A stretch of 64,000 nucleotides of DNA from NCBI GenBank assembly GCA_963663165.1, contig OY760175.1, positions 352,001-416,000 on the forward strand, written 5' to 3'. Below are positions 20,484 through 30,402 of the stretch, piece after piece. A program made the translations under genes and the position numbers. The notes under the pieces are model-generated. The model did no database searches. It had not been told where the DNA came from and saw only the letters and a list, made by a program, of their open reading frames with translations. Source of the stretch: an uncultured Desulfospira sp. GTDB lineage: Bacteria > Desulfobacterota > Desulfobacteria > Desulfobacterales > Desulfobacteraceae. Positions within the stretch are counted from its first letter, which is position 1. Each line of letters starts with the position of its first letter.

Positions 20484-20596
20484 CTCTTCTACCACAGGTA
20501 CAGCGAAAAGTTCAAACTTAACTTGCATCTATAATGGTTTTACTTTAAACATGAAGTTTTGAAAAAGAGGCACCACAGATCAGGAGGTTTTAAAAA

Positions 20597-21685
20597 ATGA
20601 AATTTGTCATCAGTGAGCCGGTGAAAGCCATCAAGCCTTATGAGGCCGGCAAACCCTTAAAGGAACTTGAACGGGAATATGGCATTTCCAATGCCGTGAA
20701 ACTGGCATCCAATGAAAATCCCATAGGCTTCTCCCCCCTGGTCACCCGGGCTGTGGAACACTGCCTGCCGGATATGTACCGGTACCCTGAACCGTCTGCC
20801 CACGCCCTTTGCACCAAACTCGCCCAGAAGTTTAAGGTTAAGTTTGAAAATATGGTCCTTGGCAACGGGTCTGATGACATTATTGCCCTGCTGGCCCACG
20901 GGTTTTTAAACCCCGGGGATGAAGCCCTAATGCCGCTGCCCTCTTTTTTGATGTATGAGATCAGTGTCAAGACCGCCAAAGGGGTCCCGGTCATGATCCC
21001 GCTCAAGGATTTTTCCACCAACTTAAAAGAAATTGTCGATAAGGTTACGGACCGGACCAAACTGGTGTTTGTCACCAACCCGTTTAACCCCACGGGCAGC
21101 ATGGTGACCCAAAACGAATTTTCAAGCTTTGCCGCTGACCTGCCCGATGACGTTCTCATCGTGATGGACGAGGCCTATATCGAGTTTGCCCGGGATCCTG
21201 ACATATTTAACAGCCTTGACACCCCCCTGGCAGATCCTAGGGTGGTGACCCTGAGAACCTTTTCCAAGGCTTACGGCCTTGCCGGGTTCAGGATCGGTTA
21301 CGGGATCATGGATCAGGAGGTGGCCGAGATTCTCAACCGGATCAAGCAGCCCTTTAATGTCAACGGCCTGGCCCAGGCCGCGGCTGAGGCCGCCCTGGAA
21401 GATGACGCCTTTTTAGCCCAAAGCATTGAAACCGTTCACCAGGGACTGGATTTTTTCAAAGAAGAGCTGACCCAAATGGGACTGGCCTGCCTGCCCACCC
21501 AGGCCAATTTCATGATGGTGGATTTAAAGACCGATGCCACCGCAGTGTTTCAAAAGCTGCTGGTTGAGGGGGTGATTGTCCGCTCCCTGAGATCCTACGG
21601 GTTTGAGACCTTTATCCGGATCAACGCCGGCACCCAGAAAGAAAACGAGATTTTTATCGGGGCATTAAAAAAGGTTATGGGGTAA
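20597..21685 (+). CDS. hisC: Histidinol-phosphate aminotransferase
   Basis: KLASNENP, GNGSDD, DEAYIEF, RTFSKAYGLAGFRIGY. Confidence 0.95.
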   Translation: MKFVISEPVKAIKPYEAGKPLKELEREYGISNAVKLASNENPIGFSPLVTRAVEHCLPDMYRYPEPSAHALCTKLAQKFKVKFENMVLGNGSDDIIALLAHGFLNPGDEALMPLPSFLMYEISVKTAKGVPVMIPLKDFSTNLKEIVDKVTDRTKLVFVTNPFNPTGSMVTQNEFSSFAADLPDDVLIVMDEAYIEFARDPDIFNSLDTPLADPRVVTLRTFSKAYGLAGFRIGYGIMDQEVAEILNRIKQPFNVNGLAQAAAEAALEDDAFLAQSIETVHQGLDFFKEELTQMGLACLPTQANFMMVDLKTDATAVFQKLLVEGVIVRSLRSYGFETFIRINAGTQKENEIFIGALKKVMG

Positions 21686-21693
21686 ACAGGTTT

Positions 21694-22353
21694 ATGGCAC
21701 ACCGAATCATCACCATTGACGGGCCGGCCGGGGCCGGCAAAACCACCGTTTCCAAGGCCCTTGCCCGGGAGCTTGGCATTGTTTACGTGGATACCGGGGC
21801 ATTATACCGGGGCACCGCCTATGAGATTAAATGCCAATCCATCGACTGGGAAGATGACGCCGAACTTTTGGCCTTTCTTTCAGAACTTGACCTTGGGTTT
21901 GAAATCAAGGGGCAGAATTTAACCCTGATATCTTCGGGCCGGGACATCACCCCCTTTATCCGGACCTCTGAAATTTCCATGCTGGCCTCGGCCGTATCGG
22001 CTAAGCAACCGGTCCGGGAAGCCCTGCTGTCCACCCAGAGAAAGATAGCCGCAGAACAGTCTGCGGTGTTTGAAGGCCGGGACATGGGCACGGTGGTCTT
22101 CCCCAACGCAGATGTTAAATTTTTCTTATCGGCCGACCTGTCGGTAAGGGCCAAACGGCGGTTTGATGAAACTCACAGCAGCCAGCAGGATATCCAATCC
22201 ATCACCACAGAAATGGCCAAAAGGGACCGCGATGATTCAAACCGGGATACAGCCCCCCTCAAACCGGCGGCCGATGCCGTGCATATTGATTCTACTGACC
22301 TTACGGTGGGGCAGGTGGTGGACCTGATGATGTCCCATATTACGGCTGCATAA
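21694..22353 (+). CDS. cmk: Cytidylate kinase
   Basis: IDGPAGAGKTT, DTGALYR, EGRDMGTVVFP. Confidence 0.96.
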   Translation: MAHRIITIDGPAGAGKTTVSKALARELGIVYVDTGALYRGTAYEIKCQSIDWEDDAELLAFLSELDLGFEIKGQNLTLISSGRDITPFIRTSEISMLASAVSAKQPVREALLSTQRKIAAEQSAVFEGRDMGTVVFPNADVKFFLSADLSVRAKRRFDETHSSQQDIQSITTEMAKRDRDDSNRDTAPLKPAADAVHIDSTDLTVGQVVDLMMSHITAA

Positions 22354-23302
22354 ATCTTGTGGAAAAAAAGAGCAGGTCTTTGAATTTCAGGTGAAACTCA
22401 TGGGGAAGACCGGCGGCATTGTCCTGAATCGTATGCTTCAGATTTTCGACAAAGGGCGAAAGTGTTTTTACAGGGGCCTGGAGCGGCTGGACAAAATCGT
22501 TTTTCCGGGCTGATTGGATCTGTTCATCAATTAAACGGCTGATCCGGGAAAGGCCGGATTCAAGATCCGTTTCGCCCGGAATGTCCACCCGGGTATATTT
22601 CCTGATTTTTTCGGCAAGATAAAGGGACAGTCCAAACAGGGCTTCGGTGATGCAGCTTCGTTCAATAATGCCCCATGAGGCCAGAAGCCTTCGCACCTTG
22701 CCCGGCGGTATGGGCAACAGGCCGCTGGTATCGGCTTGAAAATTTTTAAGGACCAGTGCGGCATGGCAGGCCGTGTGCAGACAGCCTGGATCAATGGCCT
22801 TGAATCCATCTTCAGGAATGGCGGCAACCGGCAAAAAGATCAGAGTGGAGATTTTGCCCTCACCGGGGAATCGTCCGGCAAGGCAGATGAAATCAGCCAA
22901 AAAACCGCCGGTAATATAATTCTTTGTCCCGTTTAACCGGATGGTTTTATGGCCATTTTCAATAATCAGGGGGGCGGTGCGGCTCTCGGAAGCGGCAAGG
23001 GCGCCGATGGAATTGCTTCGGCAGGTGTTCACGGCCGCATGGCCCGGGTCCAAAGCCTCAACTGCATCTAATATCGGCCTTATGAGTGCCGCCTGAACAA
23101 TCCAGATCAGGCCCAGACCCATATCGCCGGTTGTCCGGGCCAGGGTTAATGAGGGGCGCTGTTTATCACAAGAAAGGTCTGCCGGAAAAATCCTTAGAAA
23201 ATTTTTCCATGCACCAATCAAAAGCTCATTTGACCGGCACCGGTTCTTAAAAGACGCCTCAAGGTCTGTAAAAACAGCATGATTATTAATATTTTTAGAC
23301 AT
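22340..23302 (-). CDS. Acyl-CoA dehydrogenase-like protein (divergent)
   Basis: ALAASE and LNGTKNYITGG..AD motifs resemble the ACAD middle domain. Confidence 0.55.
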   Translation of the reverse strand: MSKNINNHAVFTDLEASFKNRCRSNELLIGAWKNFLRIFPADLSCDKQRPSLTLARTTGDMGLGLIWIVQAALIRPILDAVEALDPGHAAVNTCRSNSIGALAASESRTAPLIIENGHKTIRLNGTKNYITGGFLADFICLAGRFPGEGKISTLIFLPVAAIPEDGFKAIDPGCLHTACHAALVLKNFQADTSGLLPIPPGKVRRLLASWGIIERSCITEALFGLSLYLAEKIRKYTRVDIPGETDLESGLSRISRLIDEQIQSARKNDFVQPLQAPVKTLSPFVENLKHTIQDNAAGLPHEFHLKFKDLLFFSTRFMQP

Positions 23303-23310
23303 GGGTTCCC

Positions 23311-23484
23311 ATTAAAAAATATCCCCAAAGGGGCAAGGCCAAAGTGGCCTTTGTGGCTGATAATGATCTGGCTTACGGCGTTTCGCGGATGTACGAGACC
23401 TTGTCGTCCTTTGAACTGCCCCAGCGTATTCTGACATTCAGAGATTTTTCACAAGCCCGGGAGTGGGTCCTTTCCGAAAAATAA
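23311..23484 (+). pseudogene. C-terminal remnant of a SpoIIAA/STAS-like small protein
   Basis: Manual translation KVAFVADNDLAYGVSRMYETL...FRDFSQAREWV*; in-frame stop just upstream. Confidence 0.45.
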
Positions 23485-24408
23485 CACCCCTTCAAACAAC
23501 TCCTTTGCCCGGTAGGAACTTCGCACAAAAGGCCCCGAGGCCACCTGTTTGAATCCCATTTGCCGGGCAAGGGTTTCGAGGTCTTCGAATTGCCGGGGTG
23601 TATAATATGCCTTGACGTCAAGGTGGGCTTTGGACGGCTGAAGATACTGGCCCATGGTCAGGATATCACAGCCGTGGTCGTGAAGGTCCTGGAGGGTATG
23701 TACAAGTTCGTCACAGGTTTCGCCAAGGCCGACCATGATACCGGATTTGGCCGGGATGGACGGGGCCAGGGCTTTGGCCCGTTGAATCAGGTCCAGGGAG
23801 CGCTGGTAAACGGCTTCAGGCCTGGCCTTATCATACAGGGAAGCCACGGTTTCAAGGTTGTGGTTGAGGACATCAGGCCCGGCATCCAGAACGGTTTTAA
23901 GGGCCTTGGCATCCCCCTTGAAATCAGGGATCAGCACCTCCACCCGGATGGGGTCGCCGCCCCGGGTTGATCCCATTTCCCGGACGGCCTCAATGGTCCG
24001 GGCAAAGTGGCCGGCCCCTCCGTCGTCAAGGTCGTCCCGGGTCACCGAGGTCACCACCACATAGGTTAGCCCCAGAGCCATGACCGTTTGGGCCAGCCGT
24101 TCCGGTTCCTCTGGATCCAGGGGCAAAACCCGGTTGGATTTCACATTGCAGAAGCGGCAATTCCGGGTACACTCCCGGCCCATGATCATAAAGGTGGCAG
24201 TCTGCTTTGTAAAACATTCAAACATGTTGGGGCAGCTGGCCTCCTGGCAGACCGTGTGAAGCTTTGCTTCAGATAAGCGCCGGGTCATCTTCTGGTATGC
24301 CCCGCCCCTGGGCAGGCTTTTTTTCAGCCACCCGGGTTTGGGGACGTAGCGGTGGCGGGGGACATTTGAGTCTTTTTCAGAAGGGATGGGTTTGCAGGAA
24401 ACATTCAT
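23449..24408 (-). CDS. lipA: Lipoyl synthase
   Basis: CQEASCPNMFEC, CTRNCRFC radical SAM motif, RSSY. Confidence 0.96.
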   Translation of the reverse strand: MNVSCKPIPSEKDSNVPRHRYVPKPGWLKKSLPRGGAYQKMTRRLSEAKLHTVCQEASCPNMFECFTKQTATFMIMGRECTRNCRFCNVKSNRVLPLDPEEPERLAQTVMALGLTYVVVTSVTRDDLDDGGAGHFARTIEAVREMGSTRGGDPIRVEVLIPDFKGDAKALKTVLDAGPDVLNHNLETVASLYDKARPEAVYQRSLDLIQRAKALAPSIPAKSGIMVGLGETCDELVHTLQDLHDHGCDILTMGQYLQPSKAHLDVKAYYTPRQFEDLETLARQMGFKQVASGPFVRSSYRAKELFEGVLFFGKDPLPGL

Positions 24409-25115
24409 GGGGTGTCCTCAATAGGGGTAAAATGGAATATATCGCAAAAATGGCTGAACATAATCTCTTTGATCCGGTCCATGGACAGATCCTGAGTTTT
24501 TCCCTGTGCCAGCAGTTCTTTTTCAATGGAGGTCATGGCCAGGTTTTCAAACCCGCAGGGGTTGATCCAGGAAAACGGGGTCAGATCCGGTGTGATGTTC
24601 AGGGCCAGTCCGTGGATGGAAACCCCTTTTTTAACGGCAAGGCCCACGGACCCGATTTTGGCATCTCCCACCCAGAGCCCCCTTTTGTCAGGGTCCCCTA
24701 AAGCGTTCACCCCCAATTGCGCGGCCGTTCGTTCCATGATGGTCTCAAGACCCGCAACAAAATCCTTCACACCGATCCGGGCGCGTTCCAAATGAACCAC
24801 CGGATAAAGAACCGCCTGGCCCGGACAGTGAAAGGTAATATTCCCGCCCCGTTTGGTCTGGATCACCCGGATGTTTTCCCGTTCAAGGAAGGATTCGGAG
24901 ACCATCAGGTTTTCCCTTCCTCCCCGCCGGCCCAGGGTATAAACCCGGGGGTGCTGGACAAAATAAATATGGTCCGGCACCCCGGGATTTTCAATGATCC
25001 GGTCCCGTGTTTTAATCTGGAGGTCCAGGGCCTTTTCATAATCCATAAACCCCAGGTCCCGGAAAACAGCCCCGGCCACAGAAACCCCGGGGTTTTTTAA
25101 ACCCTGCTTATCCAC
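24405..25115 (-). CDS. lipB: Lipoyl(octanoyl) transferase
   Basis: HPRVYTLG, RGGNITFHCPGQ, KIGSVG, HGLALN, INPCG; start placed at the GTG overlapping the gcvPB stop (uncertain). Confidence 0.92.
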   Translation of the reverse strand: MDKQGLKNPGVSVAGAVFRDLGFMDYEKALDLQIKTRDRIIENPGVPDHIYFVQHPRVYTLGRRGGRENLMVSESFLERENIRVIQTKRGGNITFHCPGQAVLYPVVHLERARIGVKDFVAGLETIMERTAAQLGVNALGDPDKRGLWVGDAKIGSVGLAVKKGVSIHGLALNITPDLTPFSWINPCGFENLAMTSIEKELLAQGKTQDLSMDRIKEIMFSHFCDIFHFTPIEDTP

Positions 25116-26559
25116 AAAGACAGGGTTTCCGGGCCGCCGTGACCTCATCAAGTCGGGTCACTTTGGGAACAACCGGGGCCTTGTGCAGCAGGTCCGGGTT
25201 TTCTTTGGCCTCTGCGGCAATGGCCTTTACCGCTTCAATAAACTGGTCTAAGTCCTGCTTGGACTCGGTTTCCGTAGGCTCCACCATAAAGGCCGCATCC
25301 ACCACCAGGGGAAAATAGACCGTGGGGGGATGAAACCCGTAATCGAGCAGCCGCTTGGCCATGTCCATGGTGGTAATATGGTGTTCGCGCTGATGTTTGT
25401 CGTTAAACACGCATTCGTGCATGCAGGGCCGGTCATAGGGCAGGTTCAACGTATCTTTTAAACTCTCCTTGACATAATTGGCATTCAGGACCGCCAGCCG
25501 GGAGGCTTGTTTAAGCCCGTCGCCGCCCATGGACAGGATATAGGCATAGGCCTTGACCATGACGCCGAAATGGCCGTAAAAGGTGTGCATCCGGCCAATG
25601 GAATCCGGGCAGTCCGAGACCAGTTTATAGGTGTCCAGCTCTCGTTCCACCCGGGGAACCGGCAGAAAGGGGATCAAATCCTGCCGGACCGCCACGGGCC
25701 CGGCCCCGGGGCCGCCGCCGCCGTGGGGCGTGGAAAAGGTCTTGTGCAGGTTGTAGTGCAGCACGTCAATGCCAAGCTCTCCGGGCCTGACCATGCCCAT
25801 GACCGCATTCATATTGGCCCCGTCCCCGTACACCAGGCCGCCCTTGGCATGGACAATATCGCACACGGCCTTGATGTTTTCTTCAAACAACCCCAAGGTG
25901 TTGGGGTTGGTGATCATGATGCCGGCCGTATCCTCGTCCATGAGCGCTGCCACGGTATCTGGCTCTAGCATTCCCTTTGCCCCGGACTTGATATTAACGG
26001 ACTGGTATCCGCACAGGCTGGCGCTGGCCGGGTTGGTGCCGTGGGCCGTATCCGGCACAAGGATTTTGGACCGCTGGTTCTTGTTTTTGGCGTGAAAGGC
26101 ATGGATGATGAGCATGCCGGTGAGTTCCCCGTGGGCCCCGGCCGCCGGCTGAAGGGTCACCCCGGGAAGGCCGGCAATTTCAGCTAAGGCCTTTTCCAGG
26201 TGAAACATCAGTTTTAAAGACCCTTGAGAGAAGGATTCCCCGGCCAGGGGATGGGCTGCGGCAAACCCTTTGCGGGCCGCCTGGACCTCATTGGTCTTGG
26301 GATTGTATTTCATGGTGCAGGACCCCAAGGGGTACATCCCTGAATCCACACCGAAATTCCATTGGGACAACCTTGTAAAATGGCGGACCACATCCAGTTC
26401 AGACAGCTCGGGCAGGGCCGGGGCATCCCCGGTCAGGTCGGGCCCTAAGGGGCTGCGGTCCACATCCAGCCTGGGCAAGGACACCGCGCATCGTCCCTGA
26501 CGGCTTTTGTCCCAGACATTGGGTTCGTTAAAAATCAGACCGCTGGTTCCGGGTGTCAT
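25108..26559 (-). CDS. gcvPB: Glycine dehydrogenase (decarboxylating) subunit 2
   Basis: YPLGSCTMKYNP, QPAAGAHGE, NLHKTFSTPHGGGGPG. Confidence 0.96.
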   Translation of the reverse strand: MTPGTSGLIFNEPNVWDKSRQGRCAVSLPRLDVDRSPLGPDLTGDAPALPELSELDVVRHFTRLSQWNFGVDSGMYPLGSCTMKYNPKTNEVQAARKGFAAAHPLAGESFSQGSLKLMFHLEKALAEIAGLPGVTLQPAAGAHGELTGMLIIHAFHAKNKNQRSKILVPDTAHGTNPASASLCGYQSVNIKSGAKGMLEPDTVAALMDEDTAGIMITNPNTLGLFEENIKAVCDIVHAKGGLVYGDGANMNAVMGMVRPGELGIDVLHYNLHKTFSTPHGGGGPGAGPVAVRQDLIPFLPVPRVERELDTYKLVSDCPDSIGRMHTFYGHFGVMVKAYAYILSMGGDGLKQASRLAVLNANYVKESLKDTLNLPYDRPCMHECVFNDKHQREHHITTMDMAKRLLDYGFHPPTVYFPLVVDAAFMVEPTETESKQDLDQFIEAVKAIAAEAKENPDLLHKAPVVPKVTRLDEVTAARKPCLCG

Positions 26560-27893
26560 GATGCCACCTCCTTTATCAGATCATCCATATCCTGTTTAGA
26601 GGCGGTTTCCGTGGCGCAGAAAAGGTAATGCCCCTTTAATTCAGGATAATAGGGTTCGAGGTTGAGCCCTGCAAAGGTGCAGGTCTTTGCCGCAAGGGCA
26701 TCTCTTCTGGCGTCAAATCCTTGAGGGGCCTTGAGGACAAATTCATTGAAAAAGGGCTTTTCAGACAGGGGGGTAAACCCGGCCCTGGCCAACCCGTTTT
26801 TCAGGTAAACGGCCCGGTCATGGTTTTGCTGGGAAATTTCGCGCATGCCGATTTTGCCCACACAGGACAGGTAAATGGCCGCGGTCATGGCGTTGAGCCC
26901 GTTGTTGGAGCAGATGTTGGAAGAGGCTTTTTCCCGCCGGATATGCTGTTCCCGGGTGGCCAGGGTCAGCACGTACCCGTCCTTGCCGTTGGCGTCGTGG
27001 GTCCGGCCGATGAGTCTGCCGGGCAGGTTTCGCATCATGGCCTTGGTCCCGGCCAGAAGGCCTAAGCCCGGGCCGCCGAAGGATTTGGGAATCCCCAGAC
27101 TCTGGCCTTCCCCGGCGGTCAGGTCGGCCCCGAAGGTGCCCGGGGCCTTGAGCAGCCCATAGGCCAGGGCCTCGGTAAAGGAGACGATATACAAGGCATT
27201 TTTTGCGTCGGCCTGCTGTTTGAAGGCGGCAAGATCTTCGATTTGCCCGAAAAAGTTGGGGGACTGGACCGCCACCCCGGCGATCCCTTCCATGGATTCA
27301 AGGGCGGCAAGATCCGTGAGCCCCTCATCGGTATACGGGATAATGGCCATTTCAAAACCGGCAGGTTTCAAATAGGTGGCCATGATCTGCCGGTGGGCCG
27401 GATGGACCAGGGCGGACACCGCAATCTTATTGGCCTTCTTGTCTTTGCGAAGGGCGATCAGGGCGCATTCGGCCAGGGCCGTGCCGCAGTCATAGTGGGA
27501 GGCCGTGGCAATATCCATTTTTAACAGTTCACAGATCATGGTCTGGAACTCGTAAATCCCCTGGAGGGTTCCCTGGCTGACCTCGGGCTGGTAAGGGGTA
27601 TAGGCCGTGGCAAATTCAGAGCGGGAAATCAGGTAAGGAACAATGGCCGGGATAAAATGATCGTAACTGCCGGCCCCGATAAAGCACTTGGTGTTCCGGC
27701 AGGCAATGTTGGCACAGGCCAGATCGTCCATATGGGCGTTAAGGTCCCACTCGCTTAAAGCGGGCCCTAAATCCAGGGGTGTCTTTGTCTTGAGATCGTC
27801 CGGGATGCCGGCAAACAGGTCGTCCAATGTGTTGCAGCCGGTTTTGGCCAGCATGGCCCGGATATCTTCCTGGGTATGAGGCAGATAACGCAT
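26556..27893 (-). CDS. gcvPA: Glycine dehydrogenase (decarboxylating) subunit 1
   Basis: TAYTPYQPEVSQG, TREQHIRREKASSNICSN. Confidence 0.96.
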   Translation of the reverse strand: MRYLPHTQEDIRAMLAKTGCNTLDDLFAGIPDDLKTKTPLDLGPALSEWDLNAHMDDLACANIACRNTKCFIGAGSYDHFIPAIVPYLISRSEFATAYTPYQPEVSQGTLQGIYEFQTMICELLKMDIATASHYDCGTALAECALIALRKDKKANKIAVSALVHPAHRQIMATYLKPAGFEMAIIPYTDEGLTDLAALESMEGIAGVAVQSPNFFGQIEDLAAFKQQADAKNALYIVSFTEALAYGLLKAPGTFGADLTAGEGQSLGIPKSFGGPGLGLLAGTKAMMRNLPGRLIGRTHDANGKDGYVLTLATREQHIRREKASSNICSNNGLNAMTAAIYLSCVGKIGMREISQQNHDRAVYLKNGLARAGFTPLSEKPFFNEFVLKAPQGFDARRDALAAKTCTFAGLNLEPYYPELKGHYLFCATETASKQDMDDLIKEVAS

Positions 27894-27899
27894 GGCTTT

Positions 27900-28298
27900 T
27901 TATCCTTTCAGCATGTCAAGATAGGCGGCCCTGTCCATGAGTTGATCCATTTCAGACAGGTCGTCGGGCTTGACCTTGATAATCCATCCCCCGGCATAGG
28001 GGGCGGTGTTCACCAGTTCCGGGGCATCTTCAAGCCCCTGGTTCACTTCAATGATTTCACCGGAAACCGGGATATACATTTCAGATACCGCCTTTACCGA
28101 TTCCACAGAGCCGAATTCATCCCCTTTGGCAAAGGTATCCCCGATTTCCGGCATTTCAACAAAAACGATTTCCCCGAGCTGGTCCTGGGCATAATCGTTG
28201 ATGCCCACCAGAACCACATCGTTGTCTAATTTTGCCCATTCGTGGTCTTCGGTGTACTTGACGTCATCGGGAAGGTTAAGGTCGTTTAGTTCTTTCAT
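27900..28298 (-). CDS. gcvH: Glycine cleavage system H protein
   Basis: YTEDHEW, ESVKAVSE lipoyl-Lys motif. Confidence 0.97.
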   Translation of the reverse strand: MKELNDLNLPDDVKYTEDHEWAKLDNDVVLVGINDYAQDQLGEIVFVEMPEIGDTFAKGDEFGSVESVKAVSEMYIPVSGEIIEVNQGLEDAPELVNTAPYAGGWIIKVKPDDLSEMDQLMDRAAYLDMLKG

Positions 28299-28342
28299 GG
28301 CGGACTCCTTTGTTTTAGCTTTTAGCCATTAGCGGTTGGCTT

Positions 28343-29602
28343 TTATTGATTTAAAAAATTTTCCAGTTTTTTTCTGGCAGTCCGGTCGGGCCGGATATCC
28401 GTGACAATGGCGGCATCAATGGACCGTTTTCCCGATTTTAAAGTGATGCCGGCCCCCGGAACAAGGGGTTTGTTCACCATGACAAACCCGCAGGAGATCC
28501 CCTTGACGGGGGTGTCCGGGGCAAGGCCCGGGGAGGCGATACTGACCAGTTGGCCGTCCACCATGCCAAGGCCCATGTCCGTGGCGCAGGTCAGGACACT
28601 GCCCACGGGATCATCCTGTCCCTGTTCAAACACCTGGGTGTCCGGGCCTGCCGGCACTTTTTTCAAGCTGGTGCCGGCAAAGGGAAAGACATATAAGTCC
28701 GTTGGCCTGGGCAGCAGGGCGCTGCTGCCGATGAAATCCTTGGTGAACGCGGTTTTATCCCGGGTCCAGGGCAGGGCAAACTCCCAGGGGTGGTTGATGA
28801 ATTTATAGGACCCAATGTCCTGGTGGGACAGGGGCAGACAGGCCCCGGTTCTCAAAGAATCCCGGGCCCCCAGGCCGCAGGCCGTCACATCAAACCCTTT
28901 GCCCGTCTCCAGAATATCCGTCCACAGGCCCACTATGGCCTCCGGGTCAAGGAAAATTTCAAACCCGAATTCACCGGTATACCCGGACCGGGACAGGAGA
29001 ACCGGTGTGCCGTTGAGCAGTCTCACCACCGGCGCTTCAGGGGCTTCGGGATCAAAATGGCCTTTGAATGAAAAATAGGGCATGCCGGTAAATACCGTAT
29101 CCGGGGACTCAATGAGTTTGGACAGAATTCGGGCCGAGTTCACGCCCTGGATATCCATTTTGGCGACGTTCCCGGACAGGTCCCTGACCCGGCAGTCCTT
29201 GGCCGACCGGTGGCTTTCCAGGTGGTCGGCAATTGTCTTTCCCATGCCTGCATTGACACAGACCATGAACCGGGTATCGGTAAACTTATACACAATGGCA
29301 TCATCAATGGAATGGCCTTTTTCATTTAAAAAGGCGCCGTAAACGCACCGGCCCGGCTTTAATAAGTTAAGGTTCCGGGTAAAGCAGCGGTTGAGCAGGC
29401 CAAAGGCCGCGTCCCCGTCAACGCTGATACAGGCCATGTGGCTGGTATCAAAGATGCCGGCGGATTTGAGCACGCTCAGATGCTCGGTCTTTACCCCGGT
29501 TTCGTACCAGAGGGGCATGTCATACCCCCCGAAATCGGCCATGTTGGCATTGGCCTGTTGGTGCCATTGGTGAAGCGGTGTGGCGTTTAAAAGGGTGTTC
29601 AT
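28343..29602 (-). CDS. gcvT: Glycine cleavage system aminomethyltransferase T
   Basis: FGGYDMPLWY, FDTSHM, SRSGYTGEFGFE, GLGARDSLR. Confidence 0.93.
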   Translation of the reverse strand: MNTLLNATPLHQWHQQANANMADFGGYDMPLWYETGVKTEHLSVLKSAGIFDTSHMACISVDGDAAFGLLNRCFTRNLNLLKPGRCVYGAFLNEKGHSIDDAIVYKFTDTRFMVCVNAGMGKTIADHLESHRSAKDCRVRDLSGNVAKMDIQGVNSARILSKLIESPDTVFTGMPYFSFKGHFDPEAPEAPVVRLLNGTPVLLSRSGYTGEFGFEIFLDPEAIVGLWTDILETGKGFDVTACGLGARDSLRTGACLPLSHQDIGSYKFINHPWEFALPWTRDKTAFTKDFIGSSALLPRPTDLYVFPFAGTSLKKVPAGPDTQVFEQGQDDPVGSVLTCATDMGLGMVDGQLVSIASPGLAPDTPVKGISCGFVMVNKPLVPGAGITLKSGKRSIDAAIVTDIRPDRTARKKLENFLNQ

Positions 29603-29621
29603 GGCATACCTCGATTTTGTA

Positions 29622-29717
29622 AGCTGTTAGCTATTAGCAGTTAGCAATTAGCTTTTAGCGGTTAGCCGGTTGATACGTTCCAAAAGCTAACAGCTGATGG
29701 CTAAAAGCTAATGGCTG
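29622..29717. repeat. Heptamer-period inverted repeat (AGCTAAC family)
   Basis: agctgttagctattagcagttagc ... agctaacagctgatggctaaaagct. Confidence 0.65.
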
Positions 29718-29732
29718 CCGGCCTCCGGCCGG

Positions 29733-30176
29733 TTAAAAAATATACGGGATTTTTAAATTATATGACTTATAAACCACAAAAGTCTCCACAGAGTTAATCC
29801 CCTCAATTTTTGAAATTTCTTCGGTGTAAAATTCAAGGAGGTCAAATTCTTTGTTAAACAGGACCGTGACCATGAGATCGTACCGCCCGGTGACCACGCT
29901 CGCGGAAATAACCCCTTTGAGTTTGCTGATTTCTTTGCCCTTGTCCACCAGGTTCATGGCCGAAAGCTTGATCCCCACAATCACCACCCGGTGGCCGGGA
30001 AGGGTGGCCGGGTCCACCAGGCCGCAGATCTCGAGTACCCCTTCTTCCTGAAGCCGGTTCACCCGGGCCCTGACCGTATTTTCGGTTATCCCGAGCTTGT
30101 CGGCTATTCGTTTAAAGGACTTTTTGCCCTCGCGAAGTTCCCTGATAATATCAATATTAATGTCATCAATTTTCAT
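29733..30176 (-). CDS. Lrp/AsnC family transcriptional regulator
   Basis: MKIDDINIDIIREL HTH start, VVTGRYDL; start placed at ATG 30176. Confidence 0.9.
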   Translation of the reverse strand: MKIDDINIDIIRELREGKKSFKRIADKLGITENTVRARVNRLQEEGVLEICGLVDPATLPGHRVVIVGIKLSAMNLVDKGKEISKLKGVISASVVTGRYDLMVTVLFNKEFDLLEFYTEEISKIEGINSVETFVVYKSYNLKIPYIF

Positions 30177-30402
30177 ATTAAGTCCCGGACTGATCCTGAT
30201 GTGAATGTTTGGAAAAGGCGCGCACCCTGTTTTTACCAAAATACTTTTAATATGGTGTTAATGTCAATTGTTTTTTAGAAAATTGGTGGAAAAATAAATT
30301 TTAGATGGAAAAATTTGTAAAAACAACTTATATTCAAATTTAATTTCGCAAAAAACAGCTAAAAGCTAAAGGCTAACAGCTAACAGCTAAAACGGAGGAA
30401 CC

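Noticed and set aside
29603..29732. Glycine riboswitch upstream of gcvT
   Set aside because: The gap is filled by AGCT heptamer repeats with no aptamer motifs; an Lrp/AsnC regulator lies upstream instead
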